Counted from the first letter of the stretch, positions 1 through 12,039 are shown. The stretch is DNA of 64,000 nucleotides from Paramoeba atlantica (GCA_977017575.1 CDRNVI010000021.1:434001-498000); one strand, 5' to 3'. Notes: a model not told the origin generated them from the letters alone. Numbers and translations are program-made.

Positions 1-205
1 GCAGTGAGTTTCATTCTGTGACGGACAAGTACGATTTACACTATATTCATGACATTATGAGAATGTATGCATGCACCGGCTCCATCTTATGTGAGGTACA
101 TTCTTGATATTGCTCGCCCCTCTTTTCAAAATTTATTGTGACAGACCGAAAAAACGTGTTCTATTGAAAACCAGACACTTTTACTATCTATCCTCATTTT
201 CACTC

Positions 206-634
206 ATGGCTCGCACCAAGGAATCGTCTCGTAAATCTACGGGGAAGGTACCACGCGCCGGTCTCGTCTCCAAAGGCAAGAAGACAAGCTCTTCCAAGGC
301 GAAGAAAGCGTCCAGCGGCTCCAGTGGCACCAAGAAGCCCCACCGCTTTCGCCCGGGGACCGTCGCCCTCCGTGACATCAAAAAGTACCAGAAGGGCACT
401 GAACTTCTCCTCCGCAAGCTTCCCTTCCAGCGTCTGGTCCGTGAGATTGCTCTCAGCGGCAAAGATGGTCTGCGTTTCCAAGCCAGCGCCGTCCTCGCCA
501 TGCAGGAGGCAACGGAGGCCCACATGGTCAACTTGTTCGCTGACACCTGTCTGTGCGCTATCCACGGTCGCCGGGTAACCATCATGCCGAAGGACGTCCA
601 GCTCGCCCGCCGTCTCCGCGGCGAACGCTTCTAA
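206..634 (+). CDS. H3: Histone H3, unit 1 (142 aa)
   Basis: MARTK...[21 protein letters not shown]...[11 protein letters not shown]...[23 protein letters not shown]. The upstream extension in the ORF track is a pyrimidine tract. Confidence 0.98.
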   Translation: MARTKESSRKSTGKVPRAGLVSKGKKTSSSKAKKASSGSSGTKKPHRFRPGTVALRDIKKYQKGTELLLRKLPFQRLVREIALSGKDGLRFQASAVLAMQEATEAHMVNLFADTCLCAIHGRRVTIMPKDVQLARRLRGERF

Positions 635-968
635 GCGTTTGTGAAATCCATTGAGTTCGGGAAGCCTCGCATACCCACTACGACAGCAACGATCTGAGGT
701 TCTTTGTGCATTTCCTTCATTTTTGCACAAAGCCTTAATATGCTTTCTATGACATTAATGTTATTTGTAGTATCGGGTATAGGATGAATGCTTCACCTCC
801 CATTCCCTCAACATAGACCACAGCGGCGTCGTGGGGCAAAACACACGCACACTGTGTGCGACGCTCCACAAACGAAATGGTTGTGTATTATGACGGATCT
901 TGGCGCTCGTACGTAGTTTCTTTTTATCGTACTTTAGATTTTTTCATCTTACTTCCTATTCATTTCAA

Positions 969-1277
969 ATGGCGAAAGGCAAGAAATCTGGTGATGCTAA
1001 GGGCGCACACGGCACGAAACGCCAAAAGAAGGCATTGAAGGACAACATCCGCGGAATCACAAAGCCCGCAATTCGCCGCCTTGCACGCCGTGGTGGTGTC
1101 AAGCGCATCAGCGGAATCATGTACGAAGAGGTCCGTGGGATCCTCAAGTCTTTCGTGGAGGGCGTTGTCCGTGACAGCGTGACGTACACTGAGCACAGCA
1201 AGCGCCAGACGGTCACTGCTCTCGACGTCGTGTACGCTCTCCGCAAGCGTGGACGCATGTTGTACGGATACGCATAA
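969..1277 (+). CDS. H4: Histone H4, unit 1 (102 aa), kinetoplastid-type N-terminus
   Basis: [12 protein letters not shown]...[21 protein letters not shown]...[14 protein letters not shown]...LYGYA. Confidence 0.98.
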   Translation: MAKGKKSGDAKGAHGTKRQKKALKDNIRGITKPAIRRLARRGGVKRISGIMYEEVRGILKSFVEGVVRDSVTYTEHSKRQTVTALDVVYALRKRGRMLYGYA

Positions 1278-1597
1278 GGATGACACTGAACACATGTTGA
1301 TGCAACGGGTCTGAATCTCCACAAGGGTAATCGTCGGGTTCTCTCTCTGTCCCCGTGAATCATTTCTGTGCGCATTTTCTTTCGTATGAGTCTTGAGGTG
1401 CTTCTCTGGTATCATACTAGCGCTTGAAACATTCCGCCGTTTGGAGAAAACAATTGACCTATGAATCAACTCTTCGTAAGAAAACTATAATGCGCTCATA
1501 AGCAATACATCACGTCTTCTTTGTCCATTCACTCATTCGTAACAACTACTATTTTTTGAAAGAACTCTTATTACTTTTCTCTCTTATTCCTATCACT

Positions 1598-1996
1598 ATG
1601 GCTACCCCGAAGAGCAGCAAGAAGGCGAAGAGCACCAAGAGCAGCCAGAAGAGCCGTGGCGCGAAGACGGGTCTGATCTTTCCCGTGGGCCGCATCGGCT
1701 CCATGCTCCGCCGTGGACGCTACACCAAGCGTGTGGCCTCCGCCGCCCCGGTGTACCTCGCCGCTGTGTTGGAGTACCTCACTGCCGAGCTTCTCGAGCT
1801 CTCCGGTAAGGTTGCGGGCCAGCACCACAAGAAGCGTATTACCCCTCGTGCCGTCACACTCGCCGTCCGTCACGACGAGGAGCTTTCTCAGCTGCTAAGC
1901 AACGTCACCTTCACTCAGGGCGGCGTACTTCCCAACCTTCACGACATGCTCAAGAAGAAGAAGGCATCCCGCAAGGCGAGCAGCCAACAGGTGTAA
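1598..1996 (+). CDS. H2A: Histone H2A, unit 1 (132 aa; T13)
   Basis: MATPK...GLIFPVGRI...[17 protein letters not shown]...RITPR...QGGVLPN. Confidence 0.98.
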   Translation: MATPKSSKKAKSTKSSQKSRGAKTGLIFPVGRIGSMLRRGRYTKRVASAAPVYLAAVLEYLTAELLELSGKVAGQHHKKRITPRAVTLAVRHDEELSQLLSNVTFTQGGVLPNLHDMLKKKKASRKASSQQV

Positions 1997-2323
1997 GGTG
2001 CAATGAGTGCGTTATAATACGTTGTCCCGCGTCACGTCACACAATCGGTACCCTTGTGAGATCCTTCTAGCATGGTGCTTCCCTTTCTTATGCACCATCC
2101 TAGGCATGTATTGACATGTACCTTGGCTCAGTAGAGCTACATTTTGTGAAGTTTCGGCGGATGCAATCAACGACATTGCGCACATCATACTAGGATACTG
2201 GTGGAGTATCGCGTGGGTGATACTTACCACGGTTCTCAATACATGTAAAACTTAAACCGTTCATTACGTAACCTCAATTCTTCGCCCTTATCCTTCTTTT
2301 TCTCCTACTCTACTTTATAACAC

Positions 2324-2650
2324 ATGGCGAAAGCAGCTAAAGTCGCAAAGAAGAGCTCTGGTCACCGCAAGTCCAAGAAGACCTTCAACACCTACATCTA
2401 CCGCACCCTGAAGCAGATCCACAAAAACGTGGGATTCAGCAGCAAAGGGATCAAAGTTGTGAACTCTTTCGTGCAAGACATCTTTGAGCGCCTTGCCGTC
2501 GAGGCAGCCTCCCTCACGCGCTTCAACAAGACCAAAACGTTGACTTCCCGCGAAGTACAAACCGCAGTGCGCCTGACTCTTCCCGCGGAGCTCGCAAAGC
2601 ACGCAATGGCTGAGGGAACGAAGGCTGTCGCCAAGTTGGCCTCCCACTAA
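2324..2650 (+). CDS. H2B: Histone H2B, unit 1 (108 aa)
   Basis: [10 protein letters not shown]...[19 protein letters not shown]...[31 protein letters not shown]. Confidence 0.98.
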   Translation: MAKAAKVAKKSSGHRKSKKTFNTYIYRTLKQIHKNVGFSSKGIKVVNSFVQDIFERLAVEAASLTRFNKTKTLTSREVQTAVRLTLPAELAKHAMAEGTKAVAKLASH

Positions 2651-2975
2651 ATGCTGTGTGGTTCGACCAGGTAGCATGCAGAGGTGCAGCATCCGATCGT
2701 CATGAACTTTGTTGTAAAAAATGTTATTCAAACGTACAAAGCCGTCGTGTTCACTATTAAGGTATACTTAGCAGTGAGTTTCATTCTGTGACGGACAAGT
2801 ACGATTTACACTATATTCATGACATTATGAGAATGTATGCATGCACCGGCTCCATCTTATGTGAGGTACATTCTTGATATTTCTCGCCCCTCTTTTCAAA
2901 ATTTATTGTGACAAACCGAAAAAACGTGTTCTATTGAAAACCAGACATTTTTACTATCTATCCTCATTTTCACTC

Positions 2976-3404
2976 ATGGCTCGCACCAAGGAATCGTCTC
3001 GTAAATCTACGGGGAAGGTACCACGCGCCGGTCTCGTCTCCAAAGGCAAGAAGACAAGCTCTTCCAAGGCGAAGAAAGCGTCCAGCGGCTCCAGTGGCAC
3101 CAAGAAACCCCACCGCTTTCGCCCGGGGACCGTCGCCCTCCGTGACATCAAAAAGTACCAGAAGGGCACTGAACTTCTCCTCCGCAAGCTTCCCTTCCAG
3201 CGTCTGGTCCGTGAGATTGCTCTCAGCGGCAAAGATGGTCTGCGTTTCCAAGCCAGCGCCGTCCTCGCCATGCAGGAGGCAACGGAGGCCCACATGGTCA
3301 ACTTGTTCGCTGACACCTGTCTGTGCGCTATCCACGGTCGCCGGGTAACCATCATGCCGAAGGACGTCCAGCTCGCCCGCCGTCTCCGCGGCGAACGCTT
3401 CTAA
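2976..3404 (+). CDS. H3: Histone H3, unit 2
   Basis: Protein identical to unit 1. Confidence 0.98.
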   Translation: MARTKESSRKSTGKVPRAGLVSKGKKTSSSKAKKASSGSSGTKKPHRFRPGTVALRDIKKYQKGTELLLRKLPFQRLVREIALSGKDGLRFQASAVLAMQEATEAHMVNLFADTCLCAIHGRRVTIMPKDVQLARRLRGERF

Positions 3405-3738
3405 GCGTTTGTGAAATCCATTGAGTTCGGGAAGCCTCGCATACCCACTACGACAGCAACGATCTGAGGTTCTTTGTGCATTTCCTTCATTTTTGCACAA
3501 AGCCTTAATATGCTTTCTATGACATTAATGTTATTTGTAGTATCGGGTATAAGATGAATGCTTCACCTCCCATTCCCTCAACATAGACCACAGCGGCGTC
3601 GTGGGGCAAAACACACGCACACTGTGTGCGACGCTCCACAAACGAAATGGTTGTGTATTATGACGGATCTTGGCGCTCGTACGTAGTTTCTTTTTATCGT
3701 ACTTTAGATTTTTTCATCTTACTTCCTATTCATTTCAA

Positions 3739-4047
3739 ATGGCGAAAGGCAAGAAATCTGGTGATGCTAAGGGCGCACACGGCACGAAACGCCAAAAGAA
3801 GGCATTGAAGGACAACATCCGCGGAATCACAAAGCCCGCAATTCGCCGCCTTGCGCGCCGTGGTGGTGTCAAGCGCATCAGCGGAATCATGTACGAAGAG
3901 GTCCGTGGGATCCTCAAGTCTTTCGTGGAGGGCGTTGTCCGTGACAGCGTGACGTACACTGAGCACAGCAAGCGCCAGACGGTCACTGCTCTCGACGTCG
4001 TGTACGCTCTCCGCAAGCGTGGACGCATGTTGTACGGATACGCATAA
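3739..4047 (+). CDS. H4: Histone H4, unit 2
   Basis: Protein identical to unit 1. Confidence 0.98.
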   Translation: MAKGKKSGDAKGAHGTKRQKKALKDNIRGITKPAIRRLARRGGVKRISGIMYEEVRGILKSFVEGVVRDSVTYTEHSKRQTVTALDVVYALRKRGRMLYGYA

Positions 4048-4367
4048 GGATGACACTGAACACATGTTGATGCAACGGGTCTGAATCTCCACAAGGGTAA
4101 TCGTCGGGTTCTCTCTCTGTCCCCGTGAATCATTTCTGTGCGCAATTTCTTTCGTATGAGTCTTGAGTTGCTTCTCTGGTATCATACTAGCGCTTAAAAC
4201 ATTCCGCCGTTTGGAGAAAACAATTGACCTATGAATCAACTCTTCGTAAGAAAACTATAATGCGCTCATAAGCAATACATCACGTCTTATTTGTCCATTC
4301 ACTCATTCGTAACAACTACTATTTTTTGAAAGAACTCTTATTACTTTTCTCTCTTATTCCTATCACT

Positions 4368-4766
4368 ATGGCTACCCCGAAGAGCAGCAAGAAGGCGAAG
4401 AGCATCAAGAGCAGCCAGAAGAGCCGTGGCGCGAAGACGGGTCTGATCTTTCCCGTGGGCCGCATCGGCTCCATGCTCCGCCGTGGACGCTACACCAAGC
4501 GTGTGGCCTCCGCCGCCCCGGTGTACCTCGCCGCTGTGTTGGAGTACCTCACTGCCGAGCTTCTCGAGCTCTCCGGTAAGGTTGCGGGCCAGCACCACAA
4601 GAAGCGTATTACCCCTCGTGCCGTCACACTCGCCGTCCGTCACGACGAGGAGCTTTCTCAGCTGCTAAGCAACGTCACCTTCACTCAGGGCGGCGTACTT
4701 CCCAACCTTCACGACATGCTCAAGAAGAAGAAGGCATCCCGCAAGGCGAGCAGCCAACAGGTGTAA
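4368..4766 (+). CDS. H2A: Histone H2A, unit 2 (I13)
   Basis: As unit 1 but KAKSIKSS. Confidence 0.98.
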   Translation: MATPKSSKKAKSIKSSQKSRGAKTGLIFPVGRIGSMLRRGRYTKRVASAAPVYLAAVLEYLTAELLELSGKVAGQHHKKRITPRAVTLAVRHDEELSQLLSNVTFTQGGVLPNLHDMLKKKKASRKASSQQV

Positions 4767-5093
4767 GGTGCAATGAGTGCGTTATAATACGTTGTCCCGC
4801 GTCACGTCACACAATCGGTACCCTTGTGAGATCCTTCTAGCATGGTGCTTCCCTTTCTTATGCACCATCCTAGGCATGTATTGACATGTACCTTGGCTCA
4901 GTAGAGCTACATTTTGTGAAGTTTCGGCGGATGCAATCAACGACATTGCGCACATCATACTAGGATACTGGTGGAGTATCGCGTGGGTGATACTTACCAC
5001 GGTTCTCAATACATGTAAAACTTAAACCGTTTATTACGTAATCTCAATTCTTCGCCCTTATCCTTCTTTTTCTCCTACTCTACTTTATAACAC

Positions 5094-5420
5094 ATGGCGA
5101 AAGCAGCTAAAGTCGCAAAGAAGAGCTCTGGTCACCGCAAGTCCAAGAAGACCTTCAACACCTACATCTACTGCACCCTGAAGCAGATCCACAAAAACGT
5201 GGGATTCAGCAGCAAAGGGATCAAAGTTGTGAACTCTTTCGTGCAAGACATCTTTGAGCGCCTTGCCGTCGAGGCAGCCTCCCTCACGCGCTTCAACAAG
5301 ACCAAAACGTTGACTTCCCGCGAAGTACAAACCGCAGTGCGCCTGACTCTTCCCGCGGAGCTCGCAAAGCACGCAATGGCTGAGGGCACGAAGGCTGTCG
5401 CCAAGTTGGCCTCCCACTAA
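5094..5420 (+). CDS. H2B: Histone H2B, unit 2 (R27C variant)
   Basis: YIYCTLK instead of YIYRTLK (cgc>tgc). Confidence 0.97.
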   Translation: MAKAAKVAKKSSGHRKSKKTFNTYIYCTLKQIHKNVGFSSKGIKVVNSFVQDIFERLAVEAASLTRFNKTKTLTSREVQTAVRLTLPAELAKHAMAEGTKAVAKLASH

Positions 5421-5742
5421 ATGCTGTGTGGTTCGACCAGGTAGCATGCAGAGGTGCAGCATCCGATCGTCATGACTTTGTTGTAAAAAATGTTATTCAA
5501 CGTACAAAGCCGTCGTGTTCACTATTAAGGTATACTTAGCAGTGAGTTTCATTCTGTGACGGACAAGTACGATTTACACTGTATTCATGACACTATGAGA
5601 ATGCATGCATGCACCGGCTCCATCTTATGTGAGGTACATTCTTGATATTGCTCGCCCCTCTTTTCAAAATTATTGTGACAAACCGAAAAAACGTGTTCTA
5701 TTGAAAACCAGACATTTTTACTATCTATCCTCATTTTCACTC

Positions 5743-6171
5743 ATGGCTCGCACCAAGGAATCGTCTCGTAAATCTACGGGGAAGGTACCACGCGCTGGTC
5801 TCGTCTCCAAAGGCAAGAAGACAAGCTCTTCCAAGGCGAAGAAAGCGTCCAGCGGCTCCAGTGGCACCAAGAAGCCCCACCGCTTTCGCCCGGGGACCGT
5901 CGCCCTCCGTGACATCAAAAAGTACCAGAAGGGCACTGAACTTCTCCTCCGCAAGCTTCCCTTCCAGCGTCTGGTCCGTGAGATTGCTCTCAGCGGCAAA
6001 GATGGTCTGCGTTTCCAAGCCAGCGCCGTCCTCGCCATGCAGGAGGCAACGGAGGCCCACATGGTCAACTTGTTCGCGGACACCTGTCTGTGCGCTATCC
6101 ACGGTCGCCGGGTAACCATCATGCCGAAGGACGTCCAGCTCGCCCGCCGTCTCCGCGGCGAACGCTTCTAA
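5743..6171 (+). CDS. H3: Histone H3, unit 3
   Basis: Protein identical to unit 1. Confidence 0.98.
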   Translation: MARTKESSRKSTGKVPRAGLVSKGKKTSSSKAKKASSGSSGTKKPHRFRPGTVALRDIKKYQKGTELLLRKLPFQRLVREIALSGKDGLRFQASAVLAMQEATEAHMVNLFADTCLCAIHGRRVTIMPKDVQLARRLRGERF

Positions 6172-6500
6172 GCGTTTGTGAAATCCATGAGTTCGGGAAG
6201 CTCGCATACCCACTACGACAGCAACGATCTGAGGTTCTTTGTGCATTTCCTTCATTTTTGCACAAAGCCTAATATGCTTTCTATGACATTAATGTTATTT
6301 GTAGTATCGGGTATAGGATGAATGCTTCACCTCCCATTCCTCAACATAGACCACAGCGGCGTCGTGGGGCAAAACACACGCACACTGTGTGCGACGCTCC
6401 ACAAACGAAATGGTTGTGTATTATGACGGATCTTGGCGCTCGTACGTAGTTTCTTTTATCGTACTTTAGATTTTTTCATCTTACTTCCTATTCATTTCAA

Positions 6501-6809
6501 ATGGCGAAAGGCAAGAAATCTGGTGATGCTAAGGGCGCACACGGCACGAAACGCCAAAAGAAGGCATTGAAGGACAACATCCGCGGAATCACAAAGCCCG
6601 CAATTCGCCGCCTTGCGCGCCGTGGTGGTGTCAAGCGCATCAGCGGAATCATGTACGAAGAGGTCCGTGGGATCCTCAAGTCTTTCGTGGAGGGCGTTGT
6701 CCGTGACAGCGTGACGTACACTGAGCACAGCAAGCGCCAGACGGTCACTGCTCTCGACGTCGTGTACGCTCTCCGCAAGCGTGGACGCATGTTGTACGGA
6801 TACGCATAA
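6501..6809 (+). CDS. H4: Histone H4, unit 3
   Basis: Protein identical to unit 1. Confidence 0.98.
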   Translation: MAKGKKSGDAKGAHGTKRQKKALKDNIRGITKPAIRRLARRGGVKRISGIMYEEVRGILKSFVEGVVRDSVTYTEHSKRQTVTALDVVYALRKRGRMLYGYA

Positions 6810-7128
6810 GGATGACACTGAACACATGTTGATGCAACGGGTCTGATCTCCACAAGGGTAATCGTCGGGTTCTCTCTCTGTCCCCGTGAATCATTTCTGT
6901 GCGCATTTTCTTTCGTATGAGTCTTGAGTTGCTTCTCTGGTATCATACTAGCGCTTGAAACATTCCGCCGTTTGGAGAAAACAATTGACCTATGAATCAA
7001 CTCTTCGTAAGAAAACTATAATGCGCTCATAAGCAATACATCACGTCTTATTTGTCCATTCACTCATTCGTAACAACTACTATTTTTTGAAAGAACTCTT
7101 ATTACTTTTCTCTCTTATTCCTATCACT

Positions 7129-7527
7129 ATGGCTACCCCGAAGAGCAGCAAGAAGGCGAAGAGCATCAAGAGCAGCCAGAAGAGCCGTGGCGCGAAGACG
7201 GGTCTGATCTTTCCCGTGGGCCGCATCGGCTCCATGCTCCGCCGTGGACGCTACACCAAGCGTGTGGCCTCCGCCGCCCCGGTGTACCTCGCCGCTGTGT
7301 TGGAGTACCTCACTGCCGAGCTTCTCGAGCTCTCCGGTAAGGTTGCGGGCCAGCACCACAAGAAGCGTATTACCCCTCGTGCCGTCACACTCGCCGTCCG
7401 TCACGACGAGGAGCTTTCTCAGCTGCTAAGCAACGTCACCTTCACTCAGGGCGGCGTACTTCCCAACCTTCACGACATGCTCAAGAAGAAGAAGGCATCC
7501 CGCAAGGCGAGCAGCCAACAGGTGTAA
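7129..7527 (+). CDS. H2A: Histone H2A, unit 3 (I13)
   Basis: As unit 2. Confidence 0.98.
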   Translation: MATPKSSKKAKSIKSSQKSRGAKTGLIFPVGRIGSMLRRGRYTKRVASAAPVYLAAVLEYLTAELLELSGKVAGQHHKKRITPRAVTLAVRHDEELSQLLSNVTFTQGGVLPNLHDMLKKKKASRKASSQQV

Positions 7528-7854
7528 GGTGCAATGAGTGCGTTATAATACGTTGTCCCGCGTCACGTCACACAATCGGTACCCTTGTGAGATCCTTCTA
7601 GCATGGTGCTTCCCTTTCTTATGCACCATCCTAGGCATGTATTGACATGTACCTTGGCTCAGTAGAGCTACATTTTGTGAAGTTTCGGCGGATGCAATCA
7701 ACGACATTGCGCACATCATACTAGGATACTGGTGGAGTATCGCGTGGGTGATACTTACCACGGTTCTCAATACACGTAAAACTTAAACCGTTCATTACGT
7801 AATCTCAATTCTTCGCCCTTATCCTTCTTTTTCTCCTACTCTACTTTATAACAC

Positions 7855-8181
7855 ATGGCGAAAGCAGCTAAAGTCGCAAAGAAGAGCTCTGGTCACCGCA
7901 AGTCCAAGAAGACCTTCAACACCTACATCTACCGCACCCTGAAGCAGATCCACAAAAACGTGGGATTCAGCAGCAAGGGGATCAAAGTTGTGAACTCTTT
8001 CGTGCAAGACATCTTTGAGCGCCTTGCCGTCGAGGCAGCCTCCCTCACGCGCTTCAACAAGACCAAAACGTTGACTTCCCGCGAAGTACAAACCGCAGTG
8101 CGCCTGACTCTTCCCGCGGAGCTCGCAAAGCACGCAATGGCTGAGGGCACGAAGGCTGTCGCCAAGTTGGCCTCCCACTAA
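7855..8181 (+). CDS. H2B: Histone H2B, unit 3
   Basis: Protein identical to unit 1. Confidence 0.98.
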   Translation: MAKAAKVAKKSSGHRKSKKTFNTYIYRTLKQIHKNVGFSSKGIKVVNSFVQDIFERLAVEAASLTRFNKTKTLTSREVQTAVRLTLPAELAKHAMAEGTKAVAKLASH

Positions 8182-8506
8182 ATGCTGTGTGGTTCGACCA
8201 GGTAGCATGCAGAGGTGCAGCATCCGATCGTCATGAACTTTGTTGTAAAAAATGTTATTCAAACGTACAAAGCCGTCGTGTTCACTATTAAGGTATACTT
8301 AGCAGTGAGTTTCATTCTGTGACGGACAAGTACGATTTACACTGTATTCATGACACTATGAGAATGCATGCATGCACCGGCTCCATCTTATGTGAGGTAC
8401 ATTCTTGATATTTCTCGCCCCTCTTTTCAAAATTTATTGTGACAAACCGAAAAAACGTGTTCTATTGAAAACCAGACATTTTTACTATCTATCCTCATTT
8501 TCACTC

Positions 8507-8935
8507 ATGGCTCGCACCAAGGAATCGTCTCGTAAATCTACGGGGAAGGTACCACGCGCTGGTCTCGTCTCCAAAGGCAAGAAGACAAGCTCTTCCAAGG
8601 CGAAGAAAGCGTCCAGCGGCTCCAGTGGCACCAAGAAGCCCCACCGCTTTCGCCCGGGGACCGTCGCCCTCCGTGACATCAAAAAGTACCAGAAGGGCAC
8701 TGAACTTCTCCTCCGCAAGCTTCCCTTCCAGCGTCTGGTCCGTGAGATTGCTCTCAGCGGCAAAGATGGTCTGCGTTTCCAAGCCAGCGCCGTCCTCGCC
8801 ATGCAGGAGGCAACGGAGGCCCACATGGTCAACTTGTTCGCGGACACCTGTCTGTGCGCTATCCACGGTCGCCGGGTAACCATCATGCCGAAGGACGTCC
8901 AGCTCGCCCGCCGTCTCCGCGGCGAACGCTTCTAA
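8507..8935 (+). CDS. H3: Histone H3, unit 4
   Basis: Protein identical to unit 1. Confidence 0.98.
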   Translation: MARTKESSRKSTGKVPRAGLVSKGKKTSSSKAKKASSGSSGTKKPHRFRPGTVALRDIKKYQKGTELLLRKLPFQRLVREIALSGKDGLRFQASAVLAMQEATEAHMVNLFADTCLCAIHGRRVTIMPKDVQLARRLRGERF

Positions 8936-9269
8936 GCGTTTGTGAAATCCATTGAGTTCGGGAAGCCTCGCATACCCACTACGACAGCAACGATCTGAGG
9001 TTCTTTGTGCATTTCCTTCATTTTTGCACAAAGCCTTAATATGCTTTCTATGACATTAATGTTATTTGTAGTATCGGGTATAGGATGAATGCTTCACCTC
9101 CCATTCCCTCAACATAGACCACAGCGGCGTCGTGGGGCAAAACACACGCACACTGTGTGCGACGCTCCACAAACGAAATGGTTGTGTATTATGACGGATC
9201 TTGGCGCTCGTACGTAGTTTCTTTTTATCGTACTTTAGATTTTTTCATCTTACTTCCTATTCATTTCAA

Positions 9270-9578
9270 ATGGCGAAAGGCAAGAAATCTGGTGATGCTA
9301 AGGGCGCACACGGCACGAAACGCCAAAAGAAGGCATTGAAGGACAACATCCGCGGAATCACAAAGCCCGCAATTCGCCGCCTTGCGCGCCGTGGTGGTGT
9401 CAAGCGCATCAGCGGAATCATGTACGAAGAGGTCCGTGGGATCCTCAAGTCTTTCGTGGAGGGCGTTGTCCGTGACAGCGTGACGTACACTGAGCACAGC
9501 AAGCGCCAGACGGTCACTGCTCTCGACGTCGTGTACGCTCTCCGCAAGCGTGGACGCATGTTGTACGGATACGCATAA
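9270..9578 (+). CDS. H4: Histone H4, unit 4
   Basis: Protein identical to unit 1. Confidence 0.98.
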   Translation: MAKGKKSGDAKGAHGTKRQKKALKDNIRGITKPAIRRLARRGGVKRISGIMYEEVRGILKSFVEGVVRDSVTYTEHSKRQTVTALDVVYALRKRGRMLYGYA

Positions 9579-9898
9579 GGATGACACTGAACACATGTTG
9601 ATGCAACGGGTCTGAATCTCCACAAGGGTAATCGTCGGGTTCTCTCTCTGTCCCCGTGAATCATTTCTGTGCGCATTTTCTTTCGTATGAGTCTTGAGTT
9701 GCTTCTCTGGTATCATACTAGCGCTTGAAACATTCCGCCGTTTGGAGAAAACAATTGACCTATGAATCAACTCTTCGTAAGAAAACTATAATGCGCTCAT
9801 AAGCAATACATCACGTCTTATTTGTCCATTCACTCATTCGTAACAACTACTATTTTTTGAAAGAACTCTTATTACTTTTCTCTCTTATTCCTATCACT

Positions 9899-10297
9899 AT
9901 GGCTACCCCGAAGAGCAGCAAGAAGGCGAAGAGCATCAAGAGCAGCCAGAAGAGCCGTGGCGCGAAGACGGGTCTGATCTTTCCCGTGGGCCGCATCGGC
10001 TCCATGCTCCGCCGTGGACGCTACACCAAGCGTGTGGCCTCCGCCGCCCCGGTGTACCTCGCCGCTGTGTTGGAGTACCTCACTGCCGAGCTTCTCGAGC
10101 TCTCCGGTAAGGTTGCGGGCCAGCACCACAAGAAGCGTATTACCCCTCGTGCCGTCACACTCGCCGTCCGTCACGACGAGGAGCTTTCTCAGCTGCTAAG
10201 CAACGTCACCTTCACTCAGGGCGGCGTACTTCCCAACCTTCACGACATGCTCAAGAAGAAGAAGGCATCCCGCAAGGCGAGCAGCCAACAGGTGTAA
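9899..10297 (+). CDS. H2A: Histone H2A, unit 4 (I13)
   Basis: As unit 2. Confidence 0.98.
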   Translation: MATPKSSKKAKSIKSSQKSRGAKTGLIFPVGRIGSMLRRGRYTKRVASAAPVYLAAVLEYLTAELLELSGKVAGQHHKKRITPRAVTLAVRHDEELSQLLSNVTFTQGGVLPNLHDMLKKKKASRKASSQQV

Positions 10298-10624
10298 GGT
10301 GCAATGAGTGCGTTATAATACGTTGTCCCGCGTCACGTCACACAATCGGTACCCTTGTGAGATCCTTCTAGCATGGTGCTTCCCTTTCTTATGCACCATC
10401 CTAGGCATGTATTGACATGTACCTTGGCTCAGTAGAGCTACATTTTGTGAAGTTTCGGCGGATGCAATCAACGACATTGCGCACATCATACTAGGATACT
10501 GGTGGAGTATCGCGTGGGTGATACTTACCACGGTTCTCAATACACGTAAAACTTAAACCGTTCATTACGTAATCTCAATTCTTCGCCCTTATCCTTCTTT
10601 TTCTCCTACTCTACTTTATAACAC

Positions 10625-10951
10625 ATGGCGAAAGCAGCTAAAGTCGCAAAGAAGAGCTCTGGTCACCGCAAGTCCAAGAAGACCTTCAACACCTACATCT
10701 ACCGCACCCTGAAGCAGATCCACAAAAACGTGGGATTCAGCAGCAAAGGGATCAAAGTTGTGAACTCTTTCGTGCAAGACATCTTTGAGCGCCTTGCCGT
10801 CGAGGCAGCCTCCCTCACGCGCTTCAACAAGACCAAAACGTTGACTTCCCGCGAAGTACAAACCGCAGTGCGCCTGACTCTTCCCGCGGAGCTCGCAAAG
10901 CACGCAATGGCTGAGGGCACGAAGGCTGTCGCCAAGTTGGCCTCCCACTAA
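10625..10951 (+). CDS. H2B: Histone H2B, unit 4
   Basis: Protein identical to unit 1. Confidence 0.98.
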   Translation: MAKAAKVAKKSSGHRKSKKTFNTYIYRTLKQIHKNVGFSSKGIKVVNSFVQDIFERLAVEAASLTRFNKTKTLTSREVQTAVRLTLPAELAKHAMAEGTKAVAKLASH

Positions 10952-11276
10952 ATGCTGTGTGGTTCGACCAGGTAGCATGCAGAGGTGCAGCATCCGATCG
11001 TCATGAACTTTGTTGTAAAAAATGTTATTCAAACGTACAAAGCCGTCGTGTTCACTATTAAGGTATACTTAGCAGTGAGTTTCATTCTGTGACGGACAAG
11101 TACGATTTACACTGTATTCATGACACTATGAGAATGCATGCATGCACCGGCTCCATCTTATGTGAGGTACATTCTTGATATTTCTCGCCCCTCTTTTCAA
11201 AATTTATTGTGACAAACCGAAAAAACGTGTTCTATTGAAAACCAGACATTTTTACTATCTATCCTCATTTTCACTC

Positions 11277-11705
11277 ATGGCTCGCACCAAGGAATCGTCT
11301 CGTAAATCTACGGGGAAGGTACCACGCGCTGGTCTCGTCTCCAAAGGCAAGAAGACAAGCTCTTCCAAGGCGAAGAAAGCGTCCAGCGGCTCCAGTGGCA
11401 CCAAGAAGCCCCACCGCTTTCGCCCGGGGACCGTCGCCCTCCGTGACATCAAAAAGTACCAGAAGGGCACTGAACTTCTCCTCCGCAAGCTTCCCTTCCA
11501 GCGTCTGGTCCGTGAGATTGCTCTCAGCGGCAAAGATGGTCTGCGTTTCCAAGCCAGCGCCGTCCTCGCCATGCAGGAGGCAACGGAGGCCCACATGGTC
11601 AACTTGTTCGCGGACACCTGTCTGTGCGCTATCCACGGTCGCCGGGTAACCATCATGCCGAAGGACGTCCAGCTCGCCCGCCGTCTCCGCGGCGAACGCT
11701 TCTAA
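11277..11705 (+). CDS. H3: Histone H3, unit 5
   Basis: Protein identical to unit 1. Confidence 0.98.
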   Translation: MARTKESSRKSTGKVPRAGLVSKGKKTSSSKAKKASSGSSGTKKPHRFRPGTVALRDIKKYQKGTELLLRKLPFQRLVREIALSGKDGLRFQASAVLAMQEATEAHMVNLFADTCLCAIHGRRVTIMPKDVQLARRLRGERF

Positions 11706-12039
11706 GCGTTTGTGAAATCCATTGAGTTCGGGAAGCCTCGCATACCCACTACGACAGCAACGATCTGAGGTTCTTTGTGCATTTCCTTCATTTTTGCACA
11801 AAGCCTTAATATGCTTTCTATGACATTAATGTTATTTGTAGTATCGGGTATAGGATGAATGCTTCACCTCCCATTCCCTCAACATAGACCACAGCGGCGT
11901 CGTGGGGCAAAACACACGCACACTGTGTGCGACGCTCCACAAACGAAATGGTTGTGTATTATGACGGATCTTGGCGCTCGTACGTAGTTTCTTTTTATCG
12001 TACTTTAGATTTTTTCATCTTACTTCCTATTCATTTCAA

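Noticed and set aside
104-1597. N-terminal extensions of H3, H4 and H2A in the ORF track
   Set aside because: They start at TTG or upstream ATG codons within pyrimidine-rich splice-acceptor regions, vary between units, and are broken in unit 3 for H4; the canonical MARTK, MAKGK and MATPK starts were used.
2090-2230. Fragments resembling 5S rRNA (atgcaccat, tttgtgaagtt, tactggtggag...cgcgtggg) in the H2A-H2B spacer
   Set aside because: The matches are short, judged from memory, and spaced far wider than in 5S; no terminal helix or poly-T terminator is visible. An Infernal RF00001 search would settle it.
2125-2680. tRNA-like A-box (tggctcagtagagc) and B-box (ggttcgacc)
   Set aside because: They are about 520 bp apart with the H2B CDS between them, and no cloverleaf can be formed.
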